A DNA stretch of 64,000 bases from Candidatus Thorarchaeota archaeon (GTDB taxonomy: Archaea > Asgardarchaeota > Thorarchaeia > Thorarchaeales > Thorarchaeaceae). This document shows, piece after piece, positions 38,805-49,708 of this stretch. A program made the translations under genes and the position numbers. The notes under the pieces are model-generated. The model did not search any database and was not told where the DNA came from. It worked only from the letters and a program-made list of their open reading frames with translations. The stretch lies in contig RDOC01000004.1 in assembly GCA_011364985.1 (NCBI GenBank), forward strand, positions 1 to 64,000. Direction: 5' to 3'. Numbering within the stretch: the stretch's first letter is position 1; the number at the start of each line of letters is the position of its first letter.

Positions 38805-40319
38805 CTAGCTCAGTGCTTCAACCTGCGTCTGTATGTCCAAGTACTGAATCTTAGCTGCCGCGGTCCATTTTTGGGCGCATTGTGAAGCATATGTGGAATC
38901 ATAGATTATATCATGATCAATCTCAGTAGCATATTCAATGGTAAACTGACGGCTGATTGATGTCTTCGGGTCTGATATAGTGAGTGGAGCGCTCATCAAA
39001 CTGGCGTAGTAGTCCAACTCAGCTTCTCCGAATGCTGGATTTGTTTCATATTCATTCAGGATAGCCATCCAGCATTGTACGAGTTCCTCGTGTGCATCGG
39101 TGATGATAGCTCCCCAGTACTTTACGAATGCAGCATTCATTTCAAGTGAGAGAGTATCATTGAAATCAATGCCCACTGTTTTTATTGTGTTATTGAATGC
39201 GATATACAAGTCCTCTGTTGTTTCAGGGTCTACAAGATCAAATGCTTCGCGACGAACTGGCATTCTTCGCAGATCATTGTCAAGCCAGATTGCCTGGCCC
39301 TCATCTGACAATGCCCAAGCTACAAAGCCCTCAGCAAGGTCCTTATGAGGACTGTTCTTCGGAATAGCAATGGGATCTCCGTTTACGATTGTCTGACCCT
39401 CCGGGACAATGTACTCACAGTCAGGATTTCTGAACTGAGTAAGATATCCATAAAAGTCAATTGACATCGAAATGCCAACGTCTCCCCTTTCGGAAGCGGT
39501 CTGCGTTTCCACAGAACCGGGGTATATGTCGGAATTGCCGGCCATTCTTGTCATAGTGGTCCAACCCTCTTCCCAACCCAACACCTGTACAATGATCTCG
39601 TATATTCGAGTATTGGATGTGGTTAACGGAGCGCTTCCCATGGCAATCGTCGCGTCAGGTAGAATTGACCCATAAGTTGCATTTGCCAAATCTGTCCAAG
39701 TCTTCGGCACTGGCAGTAGATGATCATTCAAGAAGACGTGGTTAACTGTGAACCCAAAGGTCGAAATCGCATCTGCAACCCAAATCAGCTGCTCCTCAGA
39801 ATTGTACCGCTTCATGTCAGCACCTGCTATGGTATCGTTCACTTTATCCGCTGCCGCGAGTAAATCAGAATTCGTCCACGGTTCAAGTCGATCGTCTCGC
39901 ATCAACTGGTCAAAGAGAGTAGGCCCTCCGCCCCAAGCGATATCAGCTTTGCCATCATCTATTATATCATCCCAGAACTGCGCATCCGGAGTTCTCCATA
40001 TCATATCTGTTATGTTGTTTTCGATTGCATAATCGGTAGCCAGAAAGGCAGACTCGTACACCTGCTGTATCGACAGGTCATGCCTGGACAATACGGCGAG
40101 TGTTATTCCAGTATCGGTTGTCGTTGTGGTGGTGGTGGTAGTAGTGCCATTTCCAGGAGGAAGCGTGAAAGAGAAATAGGCAAAAGCACTTATGCCGATG
40201 ACTACAATCACAATCACAGCAACTATTGCATTCCTCGAACTCCTTGATGTCACGAATTCGCTCATCTGTTTCTCCTCTATGTTTTGCTGCATAGCATTAT
40301 GAATTTGCCTGCTAGCCAA
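38805..40319 (-). CDS. ABC transporter substrate-binding protein with N-terminal anchor and Thr-rich linker
   Basis: DIAWGGG, PKTW.DL, IDFYG, GDPIAI; likely start is ATG 40265. Confidence 0.9.
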   Translation of the reverse strand: MASRQIHNAMQQNIEEKQMSEFVTSRSSRNAIVAVIVIVVIGISAFAYFSFTLPPGNGTTTTTTTTTTDTGITLAVLSRHDLSIQQVYESAFLATDYAIENNITDMIWRTPDAQFWDDIIDDGKADIAWGGGPTLFDQLMRDDRLEPWTNSDLLAAADKVNDTIAGADMKRYNSEEQLIWVADAISTFGFTVNHVFLNDHLLPVPKTWTDLANATYGSILPDATIAMGSAPLTTSNTRIYEIIVQVLGWEEGWTTMTRMAGNSDIYPGSVETQTASERGDVGISMSIDFYGYLTQFRNPDCEYIVPEGQTIVNGDPIAIPKNSPHKDLAEGFVAWALSDEGQAIWLDNDLRRMPVRREAFDLVDPETTEDLYIAFNNTIKTVGIDFNDTLSLEMNAAFVKYWGAIITDAHEELVQCWMAILNEYETNPAFGEAELDYYASLMSAPLTISDPKTSISRQFTIEYATEIDHDIIYDSTYASQCAQKWTAAAKIQYLDIQTQVEALS

Positions 40320-40436
40320 AGAGACTTGCCACCTTAATTACTTTGTCCAAGCTCTGCAAGTTGGGCTCCGATGAGAGATGTTTGCAGGCACTGCCGCAAT
40401 TACGATATTCTTATATTCAGCCACTTTTAGATAGAT

Positions 40437-41558
40437 TTGTATCTTCAAATGAAGATGGAGGAAATGGCTATCATGAAACTGAGATATTCTCGGATTCTAA
40501 CCTTGGCCGTTGCGACAGCTCTATTGGCATCTATGGTTATGGCAAGTCCCACCCCAGTGACTGCACAGACCACGCACAAGATAGTGCTTGACATCTCGCA
40601 TGGCCAGTTGGATGACCATCCTGGCTATAGCACGCAAATTGATGCGTATTTTGCTGGGAATCTAACTGAGATGGGGTATGAAGTAGTATGGGCCGATGCT
40701 GGAATCAATGCCTCGATTCTTGAAAATGCTGATGCACTAATCATTGGATCAATCTTCGGACCAAATACTGGTTTTCTAGCGTCAGAGATTTCTGCAATAG
40801 AGAATTGGTTTGATGATGGAGAGAAACTACTGTGGGTTGGCTATGACTCGGACTTCACAAGCAGCACCTCTGGTCAGTGGATACTCGACAATGCCACGAT
40901 GATTCTGGAGGCTGTTGGTTCCCATGTCTATGGCGAGCCAGTCTCGGTAGAAGATTCTGAAAGCAATGTGGCAGGTGGAGCATACAGACCTGTGGCCAAC
41001 GAAACAAGTGATGATTCATTTGTTGCGGATATTGTTGCAGGAGTTTCGAAGGTCATGATGCATGGTCCTACATGCTTATACGGTAGCGACAGTGATACTC
41101 CTGGTGAAAACGTTAGCGCAGTTGCGCTAGAAACTGAAACAATAGAAAACGTCTATCCACTTCTTTATTATAGCGCAGCCGCTGTAATTAAAGAGGGAGA
41201 TCCTACATTGGAGGGTTTTGTACACTCACTTGATGAAACTGGCTCCTTTGTTGCAGCATCCCTAGAAGTCAATCCTACCACCAAGAACTCCATTATTGTG
41301 TCAGGTTCTAGACCCTACGGTGGATACCACCCAATGATTGATTTTCAGTATGAAGAAGAAGTGTTTCAGGGATTTGAGTTCTGTCTGCAGGCAATTGAAT
41401 TCGCATTTGATTATGCAGCGCCAACTACTACTACCACAACGACGACTACCACCACAACTACTACCACTGAGGCGCCGGATTTGCTTCTCTACGGGGCCAT
41501 CGGTATTGGAGCAGTTGTTGTTCTGGTAATCATAGTTGTGATTGCTAGAAGGAAATAA
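40437..41558 (+). CDS. Surface protein with GIFT/DUF4350-like domain, poly-Thr stalk and C-terminal TM anchor
   Basis: Signal peptide, VLDISHG, T-rich run, TM helix plus RRK. Confidence 0.75.
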   Translation: MYLQMKMEEMAIMKLRYSRILTLAVATALLASMVMASPTPVTAQTTHKIVLDISHGQLDDHPGYSTQIDAYFAGNLTEMGYEVVWADAGINASILENADALIIGSIFGPNTGFLASEISAIENWFDDGEKLLWVGYDSDFTSSTSGQWILDNATMILEAVGSHVYGEPVSVEDSESNVAGGAYRPVANETSDDSFVADIVAGVSKVMMHGPTCLYGSDSDTPGENVSAVALETETIENVYPLLYYSAAAVIKEGDPTLEGFVHSLDETGSFVAASLEVNPTTKNSIIVSGSRPYGGYHPMIDFQYEEEVFQGFEFCLQAIEFAFDYAAPTTTTTTTTTTTTTTTEAPDLLLYGAIGIGAVVVLVIIVVIARRK

Positions 41559-41567
41559 CAGATTAAT

Positions 41568-41610
41568 AGTGGTCAAAGAAATCCTTGACCACTCTACTTT
41601 CTTTTTTTTT
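41568..41610 (+). terminator. Hairpin plus oligo-T terminator
   Basis: AGTGGTCAA-N8-TTGACCACT followed by a long T tract, right after the stop codon. Confidence 0.75.
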
Positions 41611-41634
41611 CGAGTTTTCTTTCAGATCTAGTTC

Positions 41635-44112
41635 ATGTTCAACAAGACTTATCATCTTGTGAACATCATAGCTAGACACGCTGTTAAAGAGGAATTCAAG
41701 ATGAATCGCAAAAAGGTGATCTATCTTGCAGCTGTGGTAAGCATTGTTCTTTGTTTCATGCCCGTTGTAATGACACCCAGTGCAGCTATGGAAGAAAGGG
41801 TAACTTACATGGAATCAGACTTTGTATCAAAGAGCATTCTCTTTGACGAGTCGCACACCGATAATGGTAGCAGCCTTTGGACGCCAGGAAATGCGTCGCT
41901 CTTTAGTTGGATCTTGGAAGAGCACGGATACAACTCTACAACGAATTTCAATCAGCCACTTGATTCGGGCATTCTTACAGCCCACGATATTGTTGTGATT
42001 TTCTTTCCAATATTGGCCTTAACACCGGGGGAGATTTCAGCAGTCCAGACCTTTGTTGAATCTGGAGGTAGTCTCCTTGCTGTAGGAGTCAGTGCTGCAA
42101 ACACTTGGGAATTCACAGTCGAGAATCTGAATCCAATTGTTGAGCCTTGGGGAGTTGAGTTCAACTATGATAGCATCACAGAGGTAACCTCAGATTTTGT
42201 GACACATAATATAACGGAGGATGTAGACAGCATATGGACGTACGGTGATGAGCTATCAGCATGTACTTTGAATGTATCTGCTCCAGCATCTTCAATTATA
42301 CAGATATCGGGTAAGCCCCTACTGGCTGTTGCTCAACCGGGACTTGGAAGGCTTGTTGCAGCAGGATCGCCAGGTTCATTCTACATGTACCGTTTTGGAG
42401 CATCCATATATGGTGACTCTCACTTCCAGCTCTCAGTCAATATCATTGATTGGCTAGCACGTAATCCTCAAAGAGAGATTTCAATTCCCGAGATAGCTAC
42501 TGTAAAGCTTGGTAACAGTCCAGATCTCACAGACAACGAGATTGATGAATACAGTATTTTTACAGGACTGTGTCATGATCATACAACACACAGTGATGGT
42601 TTGAACACCCCTGAAGAAATGGTGACTGCAGGAGTCGAAATAGGCCTTGATTTCATGGTTCTTACGGACCATTCACATAGCATCGTACTGCCAATAGAAG
42701 GAATAACAGGAGCGCAAGCAGCAAAGGAGATTTCAGACAGGTATGGACTTGACATTGAGCAGTTTATAGCAGCGGAGCTGTCTTCTGTGTACCATACGGT
42801 TGGATTTCCATTAACTGAGAATATATGGACATCAGACCAACAAGAATCTGTCAATGAGATACATGCACAGGGAGGAATTGCGATACTATGCCATCCAACT
42901 CTCTCTTCAGGCTATGGACTTGTCTATGAGAAGATGGAGGAATATGGATACGACGCGGTGGAGATAAACAACCATGGTTACTTCTTTGGTGGCGGAGAAG
43001 ATGGATATCTATGGCCTTTTTGGGGAGCAAGTGATGGTCATTCAGCAAGCTATGTGGGCTACGTCATGAACGCTGCATTTGTCAAGGATCCCTCTGGGCC
43101 AAACGGGCAAATAACTGATGAGGATCTCAAGCAGGCTATTCTGGATCAAAGAATCTTGGTGTTGGACAAAAGAAACAACATGATTCTTGGCCAGGATATA
43201 TGGGTCGATAAGTTCATGGAACTCATAGCAGAGGCTGAAGAGGAATTGCAAGATGCGCGCACGATGATTACTGATCTTATCGATGAGGGAGAGGATGTGA
43301 GTCTGTCTGAAAGCTATCTAGATGCCGCTGAGATTGCACTTGAGTATTGGAATCCGACAAGAGCGCTTAAGCTCATACAGAACGCAACATCACCCGAAGC
43401 ACTGGGATTGGACTTCGAGATTGAAATACCAGACATAATGAGCCCTAATACAGATGTTAGCTTCGACATCGTAATGGACAACAACCACACATATGCTGTG
43501 TCTTTTAATACAAGCATCTTGCCACTGGCCGCTCTGAGTGTATCTACGCCTTGCCAAAGGTTCACTGCAGCAGCGGAAACGGCAACTTCTTTTGAACATG
43601 GGATACATACAATCAGTTTTGGAATGCCATCAATACTGCTCAATCTCTACGCATTTAATACCACCAGATATCTAATGCCTATCGCAATGAGAACGAGTGG
43701 TATCATTAACAATGTAACGTATATGATAAGCAAGCAGGACTCGGGCTATGATGTATCGATTACATGCTGGGTTGGAAGGACCGTGGCACCAACATTGAGT
43801 TCTGTCACCTTGATTTATAATGCAGAGACTGGGCAGCAGGAAGCTGAGATGCTTATGAGCTGGGCATCCTACGACCTGACCATAGGTTCCTATGCCAATG
43901 GAACGGAAATAGAATTCAGCGTTAGAATCGTAACCGATGACGGAATTACATACAACCTGCCCTCCATATCAATACAAGTTGGAGAAGTCGCCACGACGAC
44001 AACTACAACCACAACTACTACTACACCACCACCAGACACCTTATTGCTTGCTGCCATCGGGGTCGGGATCATTGTAATTCTAATCATTGCTGGGGTTATG
44101 CGGAAACGATAG
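41635..44112 (+). CDS. Surface PHP-domain metallohydrolase with GIFT/DUF4350-like domain, poly-Thr stalk and TM anchor
   Basis: LFDESH; HDHTTHSDG, LTDH, CHP, ASDGH; likely start is ATG 41701. Confidence 0.82.
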   Translation: MFNKTYHLVNIIARHAVKEEFKMNRKKVIYLAAVVSIVLCFMPVVMTPSAAMEERVTYMESDFVSKSILFDESHTDNGSSLWTPGNASLFSWILEEHGYNSTTNFNQPLDSGILTAHDIVVIFFPILALTPGEISAVQTFVESGGSLLAVGVSAANTWEFTVENLNPIVEPWGVEFNYDSITEVTSDFVTHNITEDVDSIWTYGDELSACTLNVSAPASSIIQISGKPLLAVAQPGLGRLVAAGSPGSFYMYRFGASIYGDSHFQLSVNIIDWLARNPQREISIPEIATVKLGNSPDLTDNEIDEYSIFTGLCHDHTTHSDGLNTPEEMVTAGVEIGLDFMVLTDHSHSIVLPIEGITGAQAAKEISDRYGLDIEQFIAAELSSVYHTVGFPLTENIWTSDQQESVNEIHAQGGIAILCHPTLSSGYGLVYEKMEEYGYDAVEINNHGYFFGGGEDGYLWPFWGASDGHSASYVGYVMNAAFVKDPSGPNGQITDEDLKQAILDQRILVLDKRNNMILGQDIWVDKFMELIAEAEEELQDARTMITDLIDEGEDVSLSESYLDAAEIALEYWNPTRALKLIQNATSPEALGLDFEIEIPDIMSPNTDVSFDIVMDNNHTYAVSFNTSILPLAALSVSTPCQRFTAAAETATSFEHGIHTISFGMPSILLNLYAFNTTRYLMPIAMRTSGIINNVTYMISKQDSGYDVSITCWVGRTVAPTLSSVTLIYNAETGQQEAEMLMSWASYDLTIGSYANGTEIEFSVRIVTDDGITYNLPSISIQVGEVATTTTTTTTTTTPPPDTLLLAAIGVGIIVILIIAGVMRKR

Positions 44113-44131
44113 ATTGGTGATAGCTCAAAGA

Positions 44132-44169
44132 GAGTCTGGAACATTCCCAGACTCCCCTTCTTTCTTTCT
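44132..44169 (+). terminator. Hairpin plus pyrimidine-tract terminator
   Basis: GAGTCTGG-N7-CCAGACTC followed by CCCTTCTTTCTTTCT. Confidence 0.65.
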
Positions 44170-44380
44170 GAACCAAATCCTTACTGCACCCAGCAGTATA
44201 ATTCTTGATAATACGCTCAGCACACAATAGGAGAACTCCTGTCCCACGGTCGGCATCTCAATGCCCAATAACAAACATACTTGATGATTTAGTGGCTTTG
44301 CTGAGATTACCACCAGTGAAACTCGCTAGAAAAAGCAAGAGCAAACCACTTAATACAGCCCAGATATCAGGCTCTAGGTT

Positions 44381-46324
44381 ATGAGAAAAGGTGGTTTTGT
44401 TCTGGTTGTTCTTGTGTTTTCTATGACAGCGCTAGTAACGGTGGTGCCGGACCCCACACAGGTAAGAGCTTGGGGCTTAACAACACATCAATTCATTGTG
44501 TCTGAAGCAATGGATGCATTAAGCAATCAGACTTGGAGAGAGGCCTTCGATTTCTATGCTCCAGAGCTTTTAGCGGGCTCAATCACTCCTGACACTGCAT
44601 GGCAAGACTGGCACAATCACCTCTATTATCCAGAAACAGGAGAATATGATGCACCATATGCAGCAGGGAAATGGTACAATAATACGAGAGGCAATATGAC
44701 AGTAGGTAACTGGGAAGAGGCATTCTTCTCTATGGGTGTCATGAGTCATTATTTCGTTGACCCTCATATCCCAGTCCATACCGATGAGAATTGGATTGGC
44801 CACAGCGCATATGAAAGAGACATCAATGCTCATCTAGAGGACTTGGTGATTGGTATCTTGGCAGAAACACCTGCCGGAAATGTGAGTCAGATGGTTGTTG
44901 ACGGTGCCATGTATTCGCATCAGTTCTATGACATGGTCTACGAGGCGTATCCCGAAACGAATTCTGAGGCCTTGATGACGAACTCCACTATTAAGACCTT
45001 CACTGAAAACTGCCTAACAAAAGCAATCAATGGGACGCTTTCATTGTTCTACAATTTTACACAGTATGTGGAGCCACCTGATGTTTCTGTGTTCTACCAA
45101 TATGTTGCACTCTTTGACTATGCACACAGCAATGACTACACTGACTATTTTGGAGAAGATAAGCTCACTTCAGTGAACCAAACATTAGCTAGAAAGGGCT
45201 TCGAGATGAGGAAACAAACCACGGAGTTAACAGAGTCAGACCTCATTGGTGTAGACCTGTTCGTAGCTACTTGTGCATTGGATGCTTATATCACCTCCGA
45301 ATTGACAGCAATAGCTAACTGGGCATCGACCGGCAACAAATCGATTATTCTTGCTGCCCGAGGTGATTACGACTACTATACAGATATAGCTCAGCCAAAT
45401 CGAATTCTGGAATCTGTCGGATCTGATATAAGGTTCACCGACGACAATGTCTATATGGAAGGCACCCATAATCCTTGGTATAATGACATCTATACAATAC
45501 CAAGTCCAGAGGATACTTTGAATCTGACCTACGATGTGAGTGCAATCACATTCTTCTCTCCAACAAGTCTGTATTTCCTCGACGATTACCCTGTCCTACC
45601 TGTCATTTACGCAGATGTTACAGGCTACCAAACAGACCAAAGTCCTCCTGTGCCGAATACAATTTGGGATAATGTAATGGATGGAGTATTCGGCTACCAG
45701 ATACCCCTGACAGCAGTGGAAGAGATAGGCACCTTTAGACTGCTAGCTGCTGGCACGACCTTCTTTAGTGACTTCGACTACGGCGAAACCGAGATATTCG
45801 ACAACAATGTGTTCCTTGAAAACTTCTTAGACTGGGCGGTCGGAGACAGGAACACATTCAATGTACCGGCTGTGGACGAGATTGGTCCAAGAATCAGTAA
45901 TGTGAGCTGGACACCTTCGATTCCGGACTTGGGAAACTACGTAAATGTCACTGCAATCGTGACGGATCCAAGCGGTATCTTTAACGTGACTCTGTCTTAC
46001 AACAATGGGACTCACTGGATTCACTATCCGATGGAGGACAAGGGTAGTGTGCTTTATTCTGCATACTTCTCACAGAGTGATATAACCACGGTCAGTTTCA
46101 GAATTACAGCCTTCGACATCGCAGAGAATCGTGAAATAAGGACACCCTTTGACATAACATATAGTCTACCAACCACCACAACTACTACTATAACATATAG
46201 TCTACCAACCACCACAACTACTACTATAACAGATGGCGACATCGCGACCTGGCTGGTTATCGGAACGGGAGTATCTGCGGTCCTTGTTGTCCTTGTCATC
46301 ATTATCCTTCTTAGAAAGAGATAG
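44381..46324 (+). CDS. Surface zinc-dependent phospholipase C/P1 nuclease-family protein with GIFT-like domain and TM anchor
   Basis: AWGLTTH, PD, H..Y, SHYFVD...PVH, H..YE motifs; LFDYAH; Thr stalk; LRKR tail. Confidence 0.82.
   Translation: MRKGGFVLVVLVFSMTALVTVVPDPTQVRAWGLTTHQFIVSEAMDALSNQTWREAFDFYAPELLAGSITPDTAWQDWHNHLYYPETGEYDAPYAAGKWYNNTRGNMTVGNWEEAFFSMGVMSHYFVDPHIPVHTDENWIGHSAYERDINAHLEDLVIGILAETPAGNVSQMVVDGAMYSHQFYDMVYEAYPETNSEALMTNSTIKTFTENCLTKAINGTLSLFYNFTQYVEPPDVSVFYQYVALFDYAHSNDYTDYFGEDKLTSVNQTLARKGFEMRKQTTELTESDLIGVDLFVATCALDAYITSELTAIANWASTGNKSIILAARGDYDYYTDIAQPNRILESVGSDIRFTDDNVYMEGTHNPWYNDIYTIPSPEDTLNLTYDVSAITFFSPTSLYFLDDYPVLPVIYADVTGYQTDQSPPVPNTIWDNVMDGVFGYQIPLTAVEEIGTFRLLAAGTTFFSDFDYGETEIFDNNVFLENFLDWAVGDRNTFNVPAVDEIGPRISNVSWTPSIPDLGNYVNVTAIVTDPSGIFNVTLSYNNGTHWIHYPMEDKGSVLYSAYFSQSDITTVSFRITAFDIAENREIRTPFDITYSLPTTTTTTITYSLPTTTTTTITDGDIATWLVIGTGVSAVLVVLVIIILLRKR
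46154..46231 (+). repeat. 36-bp in-frame tandem duplication (ITYSLPTTTTTT x2)
   Basis: ATAACATATAGTCTACCAACCACCACAACTACTACT at 46154 and 46190, plus a partial ATAACA. Confidence 0.92.
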
Positions 46325-46506
46325 TATCGTATGGAGGTGGTTCTTTGGACTGCCTCTATCACTTCTTTCAGTGAATAGACAGGCACTCGCTTATGACTCA
46401 AGTTTTGAAGGAAATCCTTCGATTTTTGGAAGAAGATGCAACTCGCATACCTTCATATTGAAGGAAATCAATTAACAATAGTAACACCATCCGTTGGTGT
46501 ATAGGG

Positions 46507-47133
46507 ATGTTTGACAGGTTGGTGCCTGAGGAAGTCGAGAAGAGAATAGAGGTCGACATTCTTCAGGCATTTGGATGGGCCATCATCGAGTTTGAAGCGG
46601 CGCTCTATCAGAAATATCTGCACCTATCTGGTCCAAGCTCTGTGATGACGGAAGAGGAATTCAGAAAACACTTGACTAGGATGCATGCAAAGGGTCTTGT
46701 GTCATCATTGGAATTCCATAGACGGAGAGCTTGGAAGAAGCTCGTTGCTGAGGCGGATACTGAGGAGTCTCTTGATGAAGAAAGTGTTCGGGAGATATTC
46801 GAACGAGCGAAGATATCTTCACGCCGAATTGGAATAGAGAGGAAGGTTCCTAGAGAAAAGCTGGTCACAGAATCCAGAGTCATAGCAGAGAGAATCCTTG
46901 AAGTTCTGCGAGATAAGGTCTTGAAGGGAGATCTATCCGATTCAGAAGCCTCGCAGCTCTTGCAGAAGCATATTGAAGGAATGCGTCAAGCGCTTGTTGG
47001 CTCACGTGGCGATTTTCTTAGGTATATCAAGAGATATCTCCCAATGATGGAAGTCCCACTTGAGCGAATACTGGAGGAAAAGGGAGATGATATGCTCCTC
47101 CTTGGCCTTCGAAGAATTGAGAGAGGACAGTGA
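46507..47133 (+). CDS. Hypothetical protein
   Basis: 208-aa ORF filling the gap; possible winged-helix N-terminal half. Confidence 0.7.
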   Translation: MFDRLVPEEVEKRIEVDILQAFGWAIIEFEAALYQKYLHLSGPSSVMTEEEFRKHLTRMHAKGLVSSLEFHRRRAWKKLVAEADTEESLDEESVREIFERAKISSRRIGIERKVPREKLVTESRVIAERILEVLRDKVLKGDLSDSEASQLLQKHIEGMRQALVGSRGDFLRYIKRYLPMMEVPLERILEEKGDDMLLLGLRRIERGQ

Positions 47134-47134
47134 T

Positions 47135-48220
47135 TTAGAAAGCTCTGCTCGTCAAGAATCTTGAGAGATTGAGCATGAAATCCAAGTATTGTGACTTCAG
47201 GGGAGGCTTGGCCTTCCTGAGAGCATCCTGACCTTCTTCCAAGAGCTTGTTCATAATCTTCTCAGTAGATTTCAAAGCTCCTGATTCACGGAACACATCT
47301 CTGACCTTCTCAACTTCTTCATCGGTCATATCCTCCTTTCCGACTAGGTCTGTAAGCACTTGCTTTTGCTCAGGATTGGCGAGCTCCAGTGCCTTAATTA
47401 GAAGCATGGTTCGTTTTCCTTCACGAATATCGCCCGATGCAGATTTTCCCGTTTCTTCCTCATCTCCAAAGGACCCAAGAATATCGTCCTGCATTTGAAA
47501 TGCTTGGCCAATCTTTACACCGAATTCGCTAAATGCTTCAAGTTGTGATTCATTGGCGTTTGCCATGGCAGCGCCCATTAGCAATGCTTTCTCAAACAGG
47601 GCTGCGGTCTTAAGTCGAACCATTTCCAAGTAGGTTTCAGAGGACACATTGTCTGATAATACCATGTTCATTTCGAGAAGAACACCTTCAACAATCTCGC
47701 TGAAGCCTTGCTGGAAGTATGTATGGCATTTTGCGGCCACATCACCACTTAACTGGGAGGTGGTAATTGTTTCAGCTCCAAGATTAATCAGTGAATCACC
47801 ACCAAGGATTGCCATGGTCATTCCAAAGTCATCAGCTTTCTCTTGACCTGCCTCTGCCTTTTCTTTCAGCCAGTCTCGATACAAGGCATGAAATGTCGGT
47901 CCGTTTCGACGGGTTTCGTCATGGTCTATGAGATCATCATGAAGGAGTGAGCCATTGTGCAGAATCTCAAACGAGCAAGATGCACGATAGAGGAACTCGG
48001 TCTTTGGTTCACCTGCAACCGCCTTGTAGGCTGTCACTACAGCCAAGGGGCGCAGCCGTTTTCCTCCACGCATGACATATTCCCGTAGGTTGTCGTAGTA
48101 GAAATCATGGACAGGACCTAGGTAGTGTGCGGCATTTCGTTTCATCACAAGGAAATCATTCAAAGCCTTGTTTATTCTTTCTTGTTCTTCTTTCCACATT
48201 TCTTCGAACCCGCTCATCAT
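47135..48220 (-). CDS. Polyprenyl (geranylgeranyl) diphosphate synthase
   Basis: GGKRLRP, HDDLID...RR, KTA, FQMQDDIL. Confidence 0.93.
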   Translation of the reverse strand: MMSGFEEMWKEEQERINKALNDFLVMKRNAAHYLGPVHDFYYDNLREYVMRGGKRLRPLAVVTAYKAVAGEPKTEFLYRASCSFEILHNGSLLHDDLIDHDETRRNGPTFHALYRDWLKEKAEAGQEKADDFGMTMAILGGDSLINLGAETITTSQLSGDVAAKCHTYFQQGFSEIVEGVLLEMNMVLSDNVSSETYLEMVRLKTAALFEKALLMGAAMANANESQLEAFSEFGVKIGQAFQMQDDILGSFGDEEETGKSASGDIREGKRTMLLIKALELANPEQKQVLTDLVGKEDMTDEEVEKVRDVFRESGALKSTEKIMNKLLEEGQDALRKAKPPLKSQYLDFMLNLSRFLTSRAF

Positions 48221-48331
48221 CTAAAACCCCATTGTAATGACATGTTTCGCCACGCATTGAAACGCCTTTTTAGGGTTTCCAAAGCTGTCGAAGTTAGCTT
48301 AGAAAAAAAACGAAGGTCTGAGATGGTAGAT

Positions 48332-49708
48332 CTATTGACCTACAATCTCAGCTCCCGAAAATGCCATTGTCGGCATGACCCTATTTCCATGAACCTCTGG
48401 TTCTGCGGAAAACAGCACTTCCTTGTTGAGTGATTCGAAGAGATTCCCAACAAGCAAGGCATATTTCACTTTGGTCGTCAATTCGCCATTTTCGATTAGA
48501 CAGCCATTCCGAATCTCGTTTGAGAATGCGCCCGTAAAGGGATCGACCAGAGGATACGCAAAGTGCTCCACATAGATGCCCTTGTCCACCTCTCCAATTA
48601 ACTCATCATAGCTTTTCCCACTAGTAGGAATTTCTAGTGTTGTGGGGCTGCACCTGGTGGGGCTTGAGAAGGATCCTTGCGCATCACGTGGATTACGTCG
48701 GATACCATTGCCAGTAGATGCAAGGCCTACGATATTGGCATTGTAGCTATCAAAGAAGTATGACTTCAGTAAGCCTTTCTCGATGATTGGTGTCTTCTGC
48801 GTAGGAGTACCTTCGTCATCGATAATACCACTGAGAAGTCCCTTTTCGGATAGGCCATTATCAACTATGTTCACGCTCTCATGAGCCACGGCATCGCCAA
48901 CTTTGTCACTCCAGGGGCTGGACTTCCTGTTTACGAAGTCAGCAGAGGCTGTGAACTCCACTAGACTCCCAAGCATTTCGCTTCCTTCACTGGGAGCCAA
49001 CACAGCAACTATATTCTCCCACTTGTCTTTGAATGGTTCAGCTCTTATTACATCAAGAGCCTGTGATTGAAGCTTAGCACCAATCTTAGAGAAATCAATG
49101 TTGCCCAGCTTCTGCGACCAACAGCGTTGCACACCTTCGCCAACTGCGCCATTATTCTCTGCCTTGGCAGTGAAATACCCGAAGACCATACTAGACTTAG
49201 ACCATGCATCAACGCCAAGTGAATTTGCAGTATGAAATTCAATCGAGCTTGTCCTCAGAACGCCGTTCGGAACACCAACAGTTCTTGCAACAGCAGCATT
49301 GACAAGATTCATGGTGTGATCAAGTAGTACTTCTGCCTCAGCAGCACCAGTCGCGGAATCATAAAATTTCGTCGGGTTGCCAGATGCTTTCTTTGGGTCA
49401 GGCAGTGAAACAAACCTCGGATCTTCTGCACTATTCTCAGCCATTGATTTGGCTCTTTCAACCACGGCATTCATTGTTTCAGAAAGAAGCGTTGAACTTG
49501 TGAAGCCGATCTTTTTCCCGAGTATGTATTTGAGACCAACACCAAGTTCATCCTTTTTATCCGAGATCTTCGGAATATTATCATCAATATAGATACTTGA
49601 TGTCTTGGCAAATGCGACATACGCCTCAGCTTGAGACGCACCTGCTTTCTCTGCCTTGCTAACCAGTTGCGCGGCTACATCACTTACTTCCATACTAATC
49701 GCCTCCAA
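48332..49708 (-). CDS. pmbA: PmbA/TldE family protein
   Basis: DDEGTP, STGNG, no HExxH; downstream of tldD. Confidence 0.88.
   Translation of the reverse strand: MEAISMEVSDVAAQLVSKAEKAGASQAEAYVAFAKTSSIYIDDNIPKISDKKDELGVGLKYILGKKIGFTSSTLLSETMNAVVERAKSMAENSAEDPRFVSLPDPKKASGNPTKFYDSATGAAEAEVLLDHTMNLVNAAVARTVGVPNGVLRTSSIEFHTANSLGVDAWSKSSMVFGYFTAKAENNGAVGEGVQRCWSQKLGNIDFSKIGAKLQSQALDVIRAEPFKDKWENIVAVLAPSEGSEMLGSLVEFTASADFVNRKSSPWSDKVGDAVAHESVNIVDNGLSEKGLLSGIIDDEGTPTQKTPIIEKGLLKSYFFDSYNANIVGLASTGNGIRRNPRDAQGSFSSPTRCSPTTLEIPTSGKSYDELIGEVDKGIYVEHFAYPLVDPFTGAFSNEIRNGCLIENGELTTKVKYALLVGNLFESLNKEVLFSAEPEVHGNRVMPTMAFSGAEIVGQ

Noticed and set aside
46154-46231. 36-bp duplication as a second CRISPR-like integration
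   Set aside because: The copies are directly tandem with no spacer, in a low-complexity Thr linker bounded by ATAACA microhomology, which fits slippage.
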